In this document: piece by piece, positions 27,170-36,408 of the stretch | How positions within the stretch are numbered: the stretch's first letter is position 1 | Layout: each line of letters begins with the position of its first letter | IMG/VR virus record: IMGVR_UViG_3300036853_000113 | Location: 1-61,626 of that record | Reading direction: 5' to 3' (one strand) | Length of the DNA: 61,626 bases | From: a virus | Lineage: Duplodnaviria > Caudoviricetes | The notes under the pieces: generated by a model | Databases searched by the model: none | What the model saw: only the letters and a program-made list of their open reading frames with translations | Told to the model about the DNA's origin: nothing | Program-made: the position numbers and the translations under genes

Positions 27170-28854
27170 TATCCGACGCTCCGTAATCCTGTGTACGTAA
27201 CCAAGTCGGACTGCGCGACAAGGCCACGATTGAGAAGAGTCACCGTAGCCGCAATGCCGTCGATGCGCTTCGATGACTTCAAGCGCTCAGGCTTCGACGG
27301 TTGGCAATTGTCCTTCTTGTCGTACTGGAGTTGGAGACAGGCCGCGTGCCAGTTATAGACCGGGTTGTTGCCGTGGCGAATCTTCTGATCGAGGTACTGC
27401 GACAGAATGAACTTGGTGGGGTAGCCCAGCTGCATGAAGTTCTGTTGCACCTCGACAGCATCGATCCCCTCGTCTACCAGCTCCATCGCCTCAGTGCGAA
27501 AGTTGCAGCGGTCGAAGGCGAGGTCGTGCATCTCGAACATCTCTTTCCCCCACCGGATACGCTTCTTGACTTCGCGCAGGTCGATGCCGTTGCCGGGAGT
27601 GGCCTCGACGAACCCGCGCGCAATCCAGTCTGCGAACGGCAGGCGGCAGATTCGCTCCAGCTGCGGAACCCTTTCCTCGGGCACCCAAAAAAACGGCAGG
27701 AAGGTCCAGACGTCGCAGCCTTCAAACGGTGGAAAGCCGAAGACGACGCTCGTAAAGTCAGTCGTCCATGAAGCGTCAACGCCCACCCAGCAAGGCTTAT
27801 CGAGCAGGCCCCACTTGCGAATCAGCATGTCGACGTCATAGGTCGGCCACGTCCTGAGATCAACATCCCCGCCGCATAGCTGCCATTTCGTCATGTCGAT
27901 GATCGGCTCCTGTTGCATTGCGATGGGAAGGTTCAGGTGATAGCGCAGAAACTTCGACTTCTGCGCAGGCTGTGCGAGCGCCTTCGACAGCTCGCGCACA
28001 ATGGCTGTGTCTTTCAGGAAGCCGCCGTTATCCTCGTGGCTGGGGTTAGCAGCGACGCGCGCCTCGCGGGACTTCCAGTATTCGGGGTCTGCGTCGAGTT
28101 TCTTTTTGTCAGCTTCCCAGATTGCGGAATAGAAACCCGGCACTGATAACGCGCCTGTGAGAACTTGCTTGGCGACCTCGTACTCCTGAAACCACAGCTG
28201 CGATTCGTACTCAGCCCCCGCGGTCGTGATCGCCAAGTCGAGAGGCTGACTGCGTGAAATTTGGCCCTTGGTCGTGACGTCGTAAAGCGTTTCCGCCTTC
28301 GATGACTTCCAGCGGTGCATCTCGTCTCTGATCAGCAGGCTCGGTCTGATGCCGTCCTGGACGTCGCCGTCAGCTGAGAGCACCTGATAGCTTCCGCCGC
28401 CGTCACGCCTGACGATGCGCTTGGTGCTCGGGATAACCTTCAGGCGCGCTCGCAGGTCAGGGTTCGCGTTGACGAGCATCGCCGCAGCCTTGAAGACGAT
28501 CCCGGCCTGCTCTTTCGCAGCCGCTGCGCCGTAGGCTTCAGGGTTCAGCTCGTCTTCCATCAAGATGTGATAGATCGGCAAGCCGCCTGTAAGGAACGAC
28601 TTTCCATTCTGCTTCGCTGTCGAGACGTAGCCGCGCTGATACTGTCGCGTGCCGTCCTCGACTGTGACGGTCCCGAAGATGTCGCGGATTACTTTGCGGT
28701 GCCACCCCAGCAGCTTGTAACCAAGCGGCGGGTAGAGTATCTGCGAATAGAACCGCTCGACCTTGCACCCCCTGCACATCGGACCCTTGCGGTGCATCTC
28801 GCACCACGTATCGGCCTTGCAGTATGAACAGGTGTCAGGTTTGTACTCACCCAC
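27169..28854 (-). CDS. terL: Terminase large subunit
   Basis: Walker A AKQNGKS, Walker B LIRDEMH, ITTAG, GVDAS, RIDGIAA. Confidence 0.95.
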   Translation of the reverse strand: MGEYKPDTCSYCKADTWCEMHRKGPMCRGCKVERFYSQILYPPLGYKLLGWHRKVIRDIFGTVTVEDGTRQYQRGYVSTAKQNGKSFLTGGLPIYHILMEDELNPEAYGAAAAKEQAGIVFKAAAMLVNANPDLRARLKVIPSTKRIVRRDGGGSYQVLSADGDVQDGIRPSLLIRDEMHRWKSSKAETLYDVTTKGQISRSQPLDLAITTAGAEYESQLWFQEYEVAKQVLTGALSVPGFYSAIWEADKKKLDADPEYWKSREARVAANPSHEDNGGFLKDTAIVRELSKALAQPAQKSKFLRYHLNLPIAMQQEPIIDMTKWQLCGGDVDLRTWPTYDVDMLIRKWGLLDKPCWVGVDASWTTDFTSVVFGFPPFEGCDVWTFLPFFWVPEERVPQLERICRLPFADWIARGFVEATPGNGIDLREVKKRIRWGKEMFEMHDLAFDRCNFRTEAMELVDEGIDAVEVQQNFMQLGYPTKFILSQYLDQKIRHGNNPVYNWHAACLQLQYDKKDNCQPSKPERLKSSKRIDGIAATVTLLNRGLVAQSDLVTYTGLRSVG

Positions 28855-29365
28855 ACAGCTTCATTTCCAGCGGGTCGATTGCGCCGGGATTGCCGTCACC
28901 CCCGCTCTCAATACGACTGCGCGAAGAGGGAGTCAGACCAAACTCACGCCGCTCGATGATTACGCGATTCGCCAGATTTCTGATCGTGCTCATCGCGAGC
29001 CGTCCGCTCGTCATGCTGAACACCTGATAAAGCGCGCCGCCCGGAAGCTTCTTGCCTTCCTCGCGGGCCCTTTTCTCAAGCATGCGCGCCATGTCCCAAA
29101 TTCCCGCATACAGCTCGACGAGCATCGCCTCATCCTCGGCCAATTGCCATAGAGCCTGCTTGTCGACGCGCGCCAGCACGCCAACACCTTGCATCTCTGC
29201 GACAAGCTCATTCCAGATAGATTTAGCGGCGCGACTCGTGCGTGCTGGCTTCTCTGGCGCGCTCGTGGCATAGACTGGCTCGTTGGCAGGGTAGGGACGA
29301 CGCGATGGGTTGCCTTCATACTTGCGCAGCGCTGTCGGCTTCGGCGCCGGTCCTCTCACGCCCAT
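28847..29365 (-). CDS. terS: Terminase small subunit, P27 family
   Basis: MGVRGPAPKPTALRKYEGNPSRRP...EFGLTPSSRSRI. Confidence 0.9.
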   Translation of the reverse strand: MGVRGPAPKPTALRKYEGNPSRRPYPANEPVYATSAPEKPARTSRAAKSIWNELVAEMQGVGVLARVDKQALWQLAEDEAMLVELYAGIWDMARMLEKRAREEGKKLPGGALYQVFSMTSGRLAMSTIRNLANRVIIERREFGLTPSSRSRIESGGDGNPGAIDPLEMKLCG

Positions 29366-29409
29366 AAGATTCGAGTTGCTCCTTTTTTCTGCGGTAACAT
29401 CGTGGAGTC

Positions 29410-29769
29410 GTGAGCACTGTAACCGGATGTCGCTGCATCACTCTTCACGCACACTGGGCCGAAGCTATCTTTGCGCTCGGCAAGGATGTCGAGAATCGCA
29501 CCTGGGCGACCGACTATCGCGGCACCCTGGCCATTCATGCAGGCGCGATCATCGATCGCAGCATCTGTGCGACTCTTCACTTGAACCCAAATAAGTTGTG
29601 TCGCTCGGCCATCATTGGCACCGTCGAACTGGTTAACTGTGTTCGCGACTCGCGCTCTAAGTGGGCGATGGCCGCGCACTATCACTGGGTGCTGGCGCAT
29701 CCGCGCCGCCTAGACCGAATCATCAGACGTCACGGTCAGCAAGGGCTTTACACCGTAACGCTTGACTAA
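29410..29769 (+). CDS. ASCH domain protein (opposite orientation to late operon)
   Basis: WAEAIFALGKDVENRTWATDYRGTLAIHAG...IIGTVELV...GQQGLY. Confidence 0.85.
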   Translation: MSTVTGCRCITLHAHWAEAIFALGKDVENRTWATDYRGTLAIHAGAIIDRSICATLHLNPNKLCRSAIIGTVELVNCVRDSRSKWAMAAHYHWVLAHPRRLDRIIRRHGQQGLYTVTLD

Positions 29770-30893
29770 GCCGCGAGCAACCGCTGCGCCGTCGCCAGAT
29801 CCATAGGTGCACCAACATATTCAAATACCGCGCAGGGACGTCCACCGAAGCCGCCCATTTCGGGGCTATTGGGAATTGTTGACGTCGTGCCTACCCGATG
29901 GCTGTAGGTGCCTCCGCGCTTTTCCAAAGACCATAATTCTCGGCGTTGCGCGAACGACCGAATCAGCGCAGGGTGCGCCGGATACATACGAAAGCGAAAC
30001 CCAGCAGAGCGATAAGCTGCCCCGAGTTTCGTCGCAAGGATGAGAGCCAGTCCGAGTCCCTGCCAATCCGGTAGCGTCACGAGTCGAGAAATACCCTTGA
30101 CGTTCTTCGCTCTAGGGTGCGGTCGATGGAGCACAGCGCAGAAGCTCGCTGCTCGACCATTCGCGAACAAGCAATAGCACGACGCCGCATGATTCAGTTC
30201 TGCCGTCAGATAGTGAAACGGAGAGAAGAGCTTCCAGTAGTCGTACTTGACGCGACGAATTTCAATGTCAATGGGTGGTCTTGGTTGAAGTGACCTCCGT
30301 GCAAAGTGCATCGTTGCTGGCTCCAGAATCCAGTCAGGTTGCAGCCAGTCCAGAATGTCGTAATGACACGACGCGGCAACAAAGCGCGGCTTGCCATGCT
30401 TACGAACATATTTCTGAACGGCATGAGCGCCGATCTGCGCTACCTGACGGTCGACCACCGATGTGAACTCATCCATCACGATTAGCGGCTCTCTCGTGAG
30501 AAGACGCCGCGCCAGTTCGACGCGAAACTTCTCACCATTTGAGAGCACAGAGAAGGGTCGCATCCATGCCGGGATCGTATTGAAACCGACCGACTGACAA
30601 ATTTCCGAAATGTTCTGCATCGAATGCGACGGGTCGAAGTCATCGATCACGCTCTTCGCTGACCACTGGAGTTGTTCAGGAGCAGCGAAGATGCGGCTGA
30701 GAATCGACGACTTGCCACAGCCGGAAGGTCCCACGATGAGGCCGACATTCCAGTCAAACGACTCGATGGGACAGTCGCCCTTGAACTCAATGCGTGCGCG
30801 CTCCGATGCCGGAACGTCGAACATCGCTTCTAGCTGCTTGACGCGAATCGTGCGGTCGATCTGCGTCTGAACTACGAAATCAATAACAGGCAC
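29766..30893 (-). CDS. ABC-type ATPase fused to a GNAT/Mom-like acetyltransferase domain
   Basis: GPSGCGKS, LSNGEKFR, VMDEFTS; C-terminal FHYL...ISRLVTLPDWQGLGLA. Confidence 0.8.
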   Translation of the reverse strand: MPVIDFVVQTQIDRTIRVKQLEAMFDVPASERARIEFKGDCPIESFDWNVGLIVGPSGCGKSSILSRIFAAPEQLQWSAKSVIDDFDPSHSMQNISEICQSVGFNTIPAWMRPFSVLSNGEKFRVELARRLLTREPLIVMDEFTSVVDRQVAQIGAHAVQKYVRKHGKPRFVAASCHYDILDWLQPDWILEPATMHFARRSLQPRPPIDIEIRRVKYDYWKLFSPFHYLTAELNHAASCYCLFANGRAASFCAVLHRPHPRAKNVKGISRLVTLPDWQGLGLALILATKLGAAYRSAGFRFRMYPAHPALIRSFAQRRELWSLEKRGGTYSHRVGTTSTIPNSPEMGGFGGRPCAVFEYVGAPMDLATAQRLLAA

Positions 30894-31510
30894 TTTAGCC
30901 CTTCTCCTTCGAGGCGCTGCATGATCTGCGCCTGATGCTTCTCGCTTTCACACTCGACAATGACGCGATAGGAGAGACCCGGCTCCTGCGTCATGCCTTT
31001 AAGCGGCTTCGACCCATCAAAGAGCGCGCTCAACTCGGTCGGGTTCCAGAGCTGGGTGAGGTCGATTTCGCTCTCCAGAGACTTGAGAATTGCAGTGTCC
31101 CATTCGAGCGACACTTCACCAGTTCGGTTGTCAGCAACCGCGAGTGCCTTCGCTGTCGCGTCCGTGTCAAGATCCAGGTCCATGCGCTGCACAGCGACAA
31201 GCTGCTTGCCGTTCGTCCGCACGACTAAAACGTCGTCAAAACCCGCCTTACCCGCCTGCGCCGCTGTCTTATTTCCAGCAATGATGCGGCCATGTTTGTC
31301 AATAAGAATCGACCGCCCCGCCCCAAAGTCGCGCAGTGACGACTCAACCAGAACGCCTCCGCGCTTGGTTCCTCGATTCGCGTTGCGCTTGTCAGGTAGC
31401 AGTTCTCCCAGCTTTAACGTGCCCATAGTCGCTGGAGTGCTCGCGGACGTCACCTTGCTCGTGCCAGACGTCACCTTACGTCGTTTCCCGCCACGCACTG
31501 CGACTGTCAT
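30872..31510 (-). CDS. ParB/Srx-like N-terminal domain protein
   Basis: LLPDKRNAN...SLRDFGAGRSILIDKHGRIIAGNKT...LAVADNRT. Confidence 0.75.
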   Translation of the reverse strand: MTVAVRGGKRRKVTSGTSKVTSASTPATMGTLKLGELLPDKRNANRGTKRGGVLVESSLRDFGAGRSILIDKHGRIIAGNKTAAQAGKAGFDDVLVVRTNGKQLVAVQRMDLDLDTDATAKALAVADNRTGEVSLEWDTAILKSLESEIDLTQLWNPTELSALFDGSKPLKGMTQEPGLSYRVIVECESEKHQAQIMQRLEGEGLKCLLLIS

Positions 31511-31529
31511 ACGACTGAAATCTCCTAAA

Positions 31530-31615
31530 ACCTGCGAAAGTTAGCGAAAGGGCTGACGCGAGGTTCTGGAACAGAAGCTCTAGGGATTTGAGCCCCCCTC
31601 CCCCTCCCTCAGCCG
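31530..31615 (-). other. Putative cos / packaging initiation region
   Basis: Non-coding G-run then CTCAAATCCCTAG...AACCTCGCG on the minus strand, between the HNH and small terminase genes, as I recall for HK97-like cos phages. Confidence 0.4.
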
Positions 31616-31779
31616 TCAGTCTCTGCCCATCATGACGTTTGAGCTGTCGAACGGGTCGTGGTAGTCAGCGAGCAGGCCGTCCTTGGATCGTGGCACCTTG
31701 GTTGCGAACCATTTCTTCTGGTCTATCGCCCATGCAGCGGCCTTGGCGTCAATCGCACTGTTGACCTCTTCGAGTGTCA

Positions 31780-32187
31780 TCATGGTGTTGGCTTCGCTCC
31801 TTCCTCAAGGCTGAAGGCGTCCATCGTCATCCACGCGCCTGTGACGTACCGCTCAATCTGTGCCTGCGTCGGGTTCGCCACGCCGTGATCCTTCAGCAGC
31901 TTCAGTGCGATAGGTTCGAGCTGCTGCATGACGAACGCAGCCTTCGCGAGGCCGGTGCCTGATGCGCCGTTGGTTGCAACTGCTGATGCAATCTCTGTGT
32001 TCTTGATGAGGGAGACGGCCTCGTTGTAGAGCGGCACAGCCCAAGGGATCGACGCTGCCAGCACGAGGTCTGCTAGCGGCTGCAGACCGACAACGACCTC
32101 GCCTGCGACGTGACCGACTTCTGAGGGATGTTTGAATGCAAAGACGAACTTCAGCCCAACTGCTTTCAGGATGCTAATGGGTGTCAT
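31780..32187 (-). CDS. Hypothetical protein, possibly membrane or lysis-associated
   Basis: ATG 32187 overlapping HNH stop; hydrophobic segment; GASGTGLAKAAFV. Confidence 0.5.
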   Translation of the reverse strand: MTPISILKAVGLKFVFAFKHPSEVGHVAGEVVVGLQPLADLVLAASIPWAVPLYNEAVSLIKNTEIASAVATNGASGTGLAKAAFVMQQLEPIALKLLKDHGVANPTQAQIERYVTGAWMTMDAFSLEEGAKPTP

Positions 32188-32681
32188 GGAACTTGCTCCT
32201 TCCGTCTCCCGGTCGTTGGTACGTTGTCGCGCAGCGTCTTCGCACCGTGACATTCATTGCAGCGCGTTCTGTAGTTGTCGAGGTCGCGCCTAAGATCAGG
32301 ACGGCGCTCGATGGGTATCTGGTGATCAGCGTGGAGATGTCTGTCGTTACGGTTGTAGCGCCTGCGCAGTTCTTCGAGAATGACATCGAGCGGCGGTTCG
32401 TCGAGGTCATAGAGCTGACTGTCACGCACGCAATCAGGCATCCAGCCACAGTCAACGCAGCACCAGTTGTCACGTATGAAGCACAGCAGGCGCAGGCGAC
32501 GATGCACGTCATCGTAGCCGCGTGCTGTCGATGTCTCACGCGAGGCGTCGAGCACCTGATGACGCTTCCGTTCGCAGGCGTCACAGCGAGCTGTCTCTGT
32601 CAGGTTCCTGCACCCGACTGTTCCGCAGGGGCGACGAGGTACGCGACGGCCTGCCTGCGTTACTGCACTATTACGTCGCAA
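32184..32681 (-). CDS. HNH endonuclease, terminase-associated (HK97 gp74-like)
   Basis: RPCGTVGC, STARGYD, CVDC, HADHQIP, DLDNYRTRCNECHGAKT. Confidence 0.85.
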   Translation of the reverse strand: MRRNSAVTQAGRRVPRRPCGTVGCRNLTETARCDACERKRHQVLDASRETSTARGYDDVHRRLRLLCFIRDNWCCVDCGWMPDCVRDSQLYDLDEPPLDVILEELRRRYNRNDRHLHADHQIPIERRPDLRRDLDNYRTRCNECHGAKTLRDNVPTTGRRKEQVP

Positions 32682-33222
32682 CGCATTGACTGAACTGCTT
32701 TCTCGCCCAGTCGTTCCTTGCGTCGCTGATGCCCTTGCGATGACACTGCTGCGCAGCGATAGACCAGCGCTGAAGATTCACAGCCTTACAAAAGCCGGTG
32801 TACTCGTGACCGAGCTTGGTCGCGCCGAGATTGAAGTGCATATCGAGCAGCCCGACTTTCGCCGCCAGGGGATAGGTGTAGAACATCGGGAACAGGTTCG
32901 CCAGCTCGACAGCAGACTCTGCGAGAGTCGCGCGCAGCGTGATGTTGATGGTCGCATCGTCGAGCAGCAGCGATGCACTGCGTCGATACGCAGCTGCGAT
33001 CATTCCCGGCTTCAACGCTTTCACGATGCCGAAGTCAGCGATGATCTCATCTGTCTCTGCGAGTTCAGCATTGGGTCGACGAAACGGCAACTTGACCGCG
33101 CTCATGATGTTCGGCAACATCTGCCCGACGCCTGCTGTGACGTTGCCGCGCGTGTCGAGATACATCCAGTGAACTCGACCTTCCCAGATGCTGACCTGTT
33201 CCACTGCGTCGTCAAGATACAT
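32671..33222 (-). CDS. Endolysin, lysozyme (GH24-like)
   Basis: WEGRVHWMYLDTRGNVTAGVG (E-x8-D-x5-T), LLDMHFNLG. Confidence 0.8.
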   Translation of the reverse strand: MYLDDAVEQVSIWEGRVHWMYLDTRGNVTAGVGQMLPNIMSAVKLPFRRPNAELAETDEIIADFGIVKALKPGMIAAAYRRSASLLLDDATINITLRATLAESAVELANLFPMFYTYPLAAKVGLLDMHFNLGATKLGHEYTGFCKAVNLQRWSIAAQQCHRKGISDARNDWARKQFSQCVAT

Positions 33223-33236
33223 TCAGCTTGGCCTTC

Positions 33237-33965
33237 TCAATGACTCGGTGGCTTCATGGCTAAGATCACCGTTACAAGCGCCGACACGACAGAAATGATG
33301 ACGGCGACTGTTGCGAGCATCAGGTGCCAGTTGACTTTTGTCGTGTCCACAGTGCGCTCTACTCCAGTAGAGCGGCCATCGTTGCGATCCTGCCACGCCT
33401 GCATCACGGTAAGCTGTTGGGTCATGGACTTGAACTGCTGTTCCACCTCGATCCGCGTCACATAGGTGGACTGATCTCTTCGCTGTGCGTCGATCTTGTC
33501 GTTTACGTTTTGAACGAGAGCTTCAATTTGAGGGCGGGGCATGAACGTTGCTGTCTGATCGGTCAGACTCTTGCGAAATTCATTCACTGACTCGAAGCGC
33601 TTCTCTGCCGCCAACGCAGCTTTTTCAATCGCTCTCTCACTGGCCGTAAACGCGATGGCAGTATTTTCTTTTAGAGCGGCAAGCTGGGCACGCGAAGTCT
33701 CTTCCAACGACTTGAACTGCGACTCATATTTGTCGTCTTTGAGGTGGATCACTTCCCGCAAACTCGCTTGCGTCAACTCCGCGTTCTGAAACATGACCAT
33801 ATATCGCTGGTCATTGTGCGCCATCAGCTCTCGGACTAACAGAACGCCAGCGTCTGACGTGTGCTGAAGAGCCAGAATATGGCGCAACAGATACACCCGC
33901 AGCGTGTCGAATGACCATGTTGAATTAGAAATCGGTATTTCTGCGTCCGTGATCAGTTCGGACAT
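33237..33965 (-). CDS. Coiled-coil protein with C-terminal transmembrane helix (lysis module)
   Basis: EKRFESVNEFR; C-terminal hydrophobic helix; upstream of endolysin. Confidence 0.55.
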   Translation of the reverse strand: MSELITDAEIPISNSTWSFDTLRVYLLRHILALQHTSDAGVLLVRELMAHNDQRYMVMFQNAELTQASLREVIHLKDDKYESQFKSLEETSRAQLAALKENTAIAFTASERAIEKAALAAEKRFESVNEFRKSLTDQTATFMPRPQIEALVQNVNDKIDAQRRDQSTYVTRIEVEQQFKSMTQQLTVMQAWQDRNDGRSTGVERTVDTTKVNWHLMLATVAVIISVVSALVTVILAMKPPSH

Positions 33966-33987
33966 TGTTGGACCTCGCTGTTTCCTC

Positions 33988-34332
33988 TTACACGCGCCGC
34001 CTGCGCAGCATAAGGGGGCAGTGGTCGCCCACCTTCAGCATTCCGACGTTCGGCCATGCGCGCACTTTGCGACGTGCCCAGAATGCGTGATGTATGCCTG
34101 ACTCGCCTGCGTTGTCCCGGCTGCAGTTCGCCGACAGGGTGCAGGGACTGATGTGCTGGCTTCCTTCAGGCGCAGGCGTCGATTCGAGCAGTAGACGGAA
34201 GCGATGCGTCTTTGAGCGGACCGGCGTCAGGCGCTCGACGATGCCGCGCGTGATGTAGTTATCCATTTCGGAATAAGAGACATGCGCGATCTCGACGTCG
34301 TTCATGTCGCACAGTACGGCGCGTTTCGCCAT
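33988..34332 (-). CDS. Hypothetical protein
   Basis: ATG 34332, first gene of the leftward unit. Confidence 0.4.
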   Translation of the reverse strand: MAKRAVLCDMNDVEIAHVSYSEMDNYITRGIVERLTPVRSKTHRFRLLLESTPAPEGSQHISPCTLSANCSRDNAGESGIHHAFWARRKVRAWPNVGMLKVGDHCPLMLRRRRV

Positions 34333-34429
34333 CGTTTCGACCTGCTTTTCGTGTGAAGAGAGGTTTCCCGTTGCATCGTCACCCGTCTCGCCGATGAATG
34401 CAGCCTGTGGGAATCTCACGCTGCGCGGT

Positions 34430-34660
34430 ATGCAACTGCTCTGTTAGCTGCGACTATACAACGCTTTAACCCGATGCTGCGACTTATCAGTTTTTCCACT
34501 GTTGCACGCATCGCTCTGTGGTGTTACGGTGTCGAGACTTTCGCAAAGCGCAGTTAGCTCGCAAGGCGCATAAACATTGAGCGAAACGCAATAGACGCAA
34601 TAGACAGACGAGACATCCTGACACATTTAGGGACGATAGAAACATACGGAACAAAGGAGC
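34430..34660. promoter_or_regulatory. Divergent control region between leftward late and rightward early units
   Basis: Strand switch, lower GC, direct repeat ACGCAATAGAC x2 near 34586-34606, AAGGAG RBS before 34668. Confidence 0.45.
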
Positions 34661-34667
34661 AACTTAG

Positions 34668-34925
34668 ATGGAGACTATGGAACAAGCTGAAGCATCTGTG
34701 ACCACCACTGCTGCCGTCGACCTGTCGACCGTATCCACCTCGGCACTTGCTTCAGAGCTTGGTCGTCGCTCGTGGCAAGAGCGCGCGTCGCGGCAGATAT
34801 TCTCACCGTGCAAGTTCTGCGGCCTTCCTTACGGCGTGCGAGCCATGAAGACGCATATCCCAACCTGCACTCGCAACCCGACGCGGCGCAGCCTGCGCAG
34901 GAAGCTGGTCGACAATGCCCAGTGA
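34668..34925 (+). CDS. Small Zn-finger-like protein
   Basis: CKFC...HIPTC; strong RBS. Confidence 0.5.
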   Translation: METMEQAEASVTTTAAVDLSTVSTSALASELGRRSWQERASRQIFSPCKFCGLPYGVRAMKTHIPTCTRNPTRRSLRRKLVDNAQ

Positions 34926-36099
34926 CACCGCTACGACGACAGAGAACGGCAACAACCTCGCGCTTCAGATTCCCGGCGAGGCAAACATCGCGAGCAGCAC
35001 AGCGCGCGTGCAGGCTGAGACGCAGGCCGCAATCATGGTGTCGCAGCGCTTCCGCCGCAGCGAATCGCAGGCGCGTCAGGAACTGCTCACCGCAGTCAAG
35101 GCGTCGCCCAGGTTGGCAGAGAAGGCGACCTATAGCTTCCCTCGAGGGAAGAAGCAGGATCCGGTCACGAAAGAATGGGTCGAGAACATCGTCAGCGGCC
35201 CGTCGACGTACATTGCGCGCGAGGCTGCTCGTGTCTGGGGCAACCTCGTCTACGGCACAGAGATTGTTCGCGAGACGGACAACGAGCGCCAGATTCGCAG
35301 CTACGCATGGGACATGCAAAGCAACATGCGCTGCGTGGCTGAGGCTACTTTCAAAAAGCTGATTCAGCGTAACCGCTGGGTCACCAAGAACAATCAGCGC
35401 GAGAAGATCGTCGAGTGGGTCGAGCCTGATGAGCGTGACCTGCGCGAGCTGTCGAACAAGTACGCCTCGATTGGCGAGCGTAACTGCATTCTGAAAGTCA
35501 TCCCAGCGCACCTGATTGACGAGGTGCTCGAAGCCGCAGCACAGTCGACGAAAGAGGAAGCGGCGAAACATCCCGAAGCCGTGCGTGCGAAGCTCGCAGA
35601 CGCCTTCCTGTCGATTGGCGTCAGCGTGGCGATGCTGGAGGACTACCTTCAGCACCCGCTCAAGGAAACGACGCCTGACCAGATCACGACGCTGCGCTCG
35701 ATGTTCACGGCGATGCGCGAAGGCACGGCGGTCTGGGATGACTTCAGGATTTCGACGACACTCCCGACCGAGGAAGAGGTTCCGCAGCTGCCTCAGTTAC
35801 GCGAGCTGGCGAAGAAACTGCACTGGAACGAGGCGAAGCTCAGCAGCGAAATTGGGCGCAATTTGACCGACATCAGCAAGCTCGTGGCTGCGATGTCTGA
35901 ACTGGCAGCGAAGGCTTCTGCGCCCAAGGCCGCTACTGCGAGTGCCAGCGAGAACAAGCAAGCAGCCGCGCCACAAGCGCAGACTACAGCGACTGCTGAC
36001 GCATCTGCACCCAAGTCAGAAATTCTCCCCCCTGCTGAAAAGCGCACATCACCAAAGACGTCCGCACAAGGCAAACTTGGCGGCCCACAGGATTTCTGA
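34915..36099 (+). CDS. Putative single-strand annealing / recombination protein
   Basis: YSFPRG...VSGPSTYIAREAARVWGN...RNCILKVIP, low-complexity C-terminus; upstream of exonuclease. Confidence 0.5.
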   Translation: MPSDTATTTENGNNLALQIPGEANIASSTARVQAETQAAIMVSQRFRRSESQARQELLTAVKASPRLAEKATYSFPRGKKQDPVTKEWVENIVSGPSTYIAREAARVWGNLVYGTEIVRETDNERQIRSYAWDMQSNMRCVAEATFKKLIQRNRWVTKNNQREKIVEWVEPDERDLRELSNKYASIGERNCILKVIPAHLIDEVLEAAAQSTKEEAAKHPEAVRAKLADAFLSIGVSVAMLEDYLQHPLKETTPDQITTLRSMFTAMREGTAVWDDFRISTTLPTEEEVPQLPQLRELAKKLHWNEAKLSSEIGRNLTDISKLVAAMSELAAKASAPKAATASASENKQAAAPQAQTTATADASAPKSEILPPAEKRTSPKTSAQGKLGGPQDF

Positions 36100-36113
36100 G
36101 GAGTCACACGACC

Positions 36114-36401
36114 ATGCCCTTTCCCGAAGATGAGATTGCTGAAGTACAGTCGCCAATAGCGAGACCAATAGCGAAACACCTTCGCATCGCGCGCGAGCTG
36201 GTCGGGTTAGACCCGATCTGTGCTCCCGGCCCCGTTCTCCGCACGCCTGCCTTAAACGAGATACAACTCACTGCCTATCGCGTGTGGCAACTCGCAGGCG
36301 AACCACTCGACGACGAGAAGGAAACGCTCACCATCTGGCTTGCCGCTGAAGAGGTGTTGCAGCACCTGCCCGAACCGTACCCGATTCCAACCGAAGGTTA
36401 A
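36114..36401 (+). CDS. DUF2934-like protein
   Basis: IQLTAYRVWQLAGEP...WLAAE. Confidence 0.45.
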   Translation: MPFPEDEIAEVQSPIARPIAKHLRIARELVGLDPICAPGPVLRTPALNEIQLTAYRVWQLAGEPLDDEKETLTIWLAAEEVLQHLPEPYPIPTEG

Positions 36402-36408
36402 AACACGT

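Noticed and set aside
29766-30893. ABC transporter
   Set aside because: No permease or binding-protein genes; the ATPase is fused to a GNAT domain
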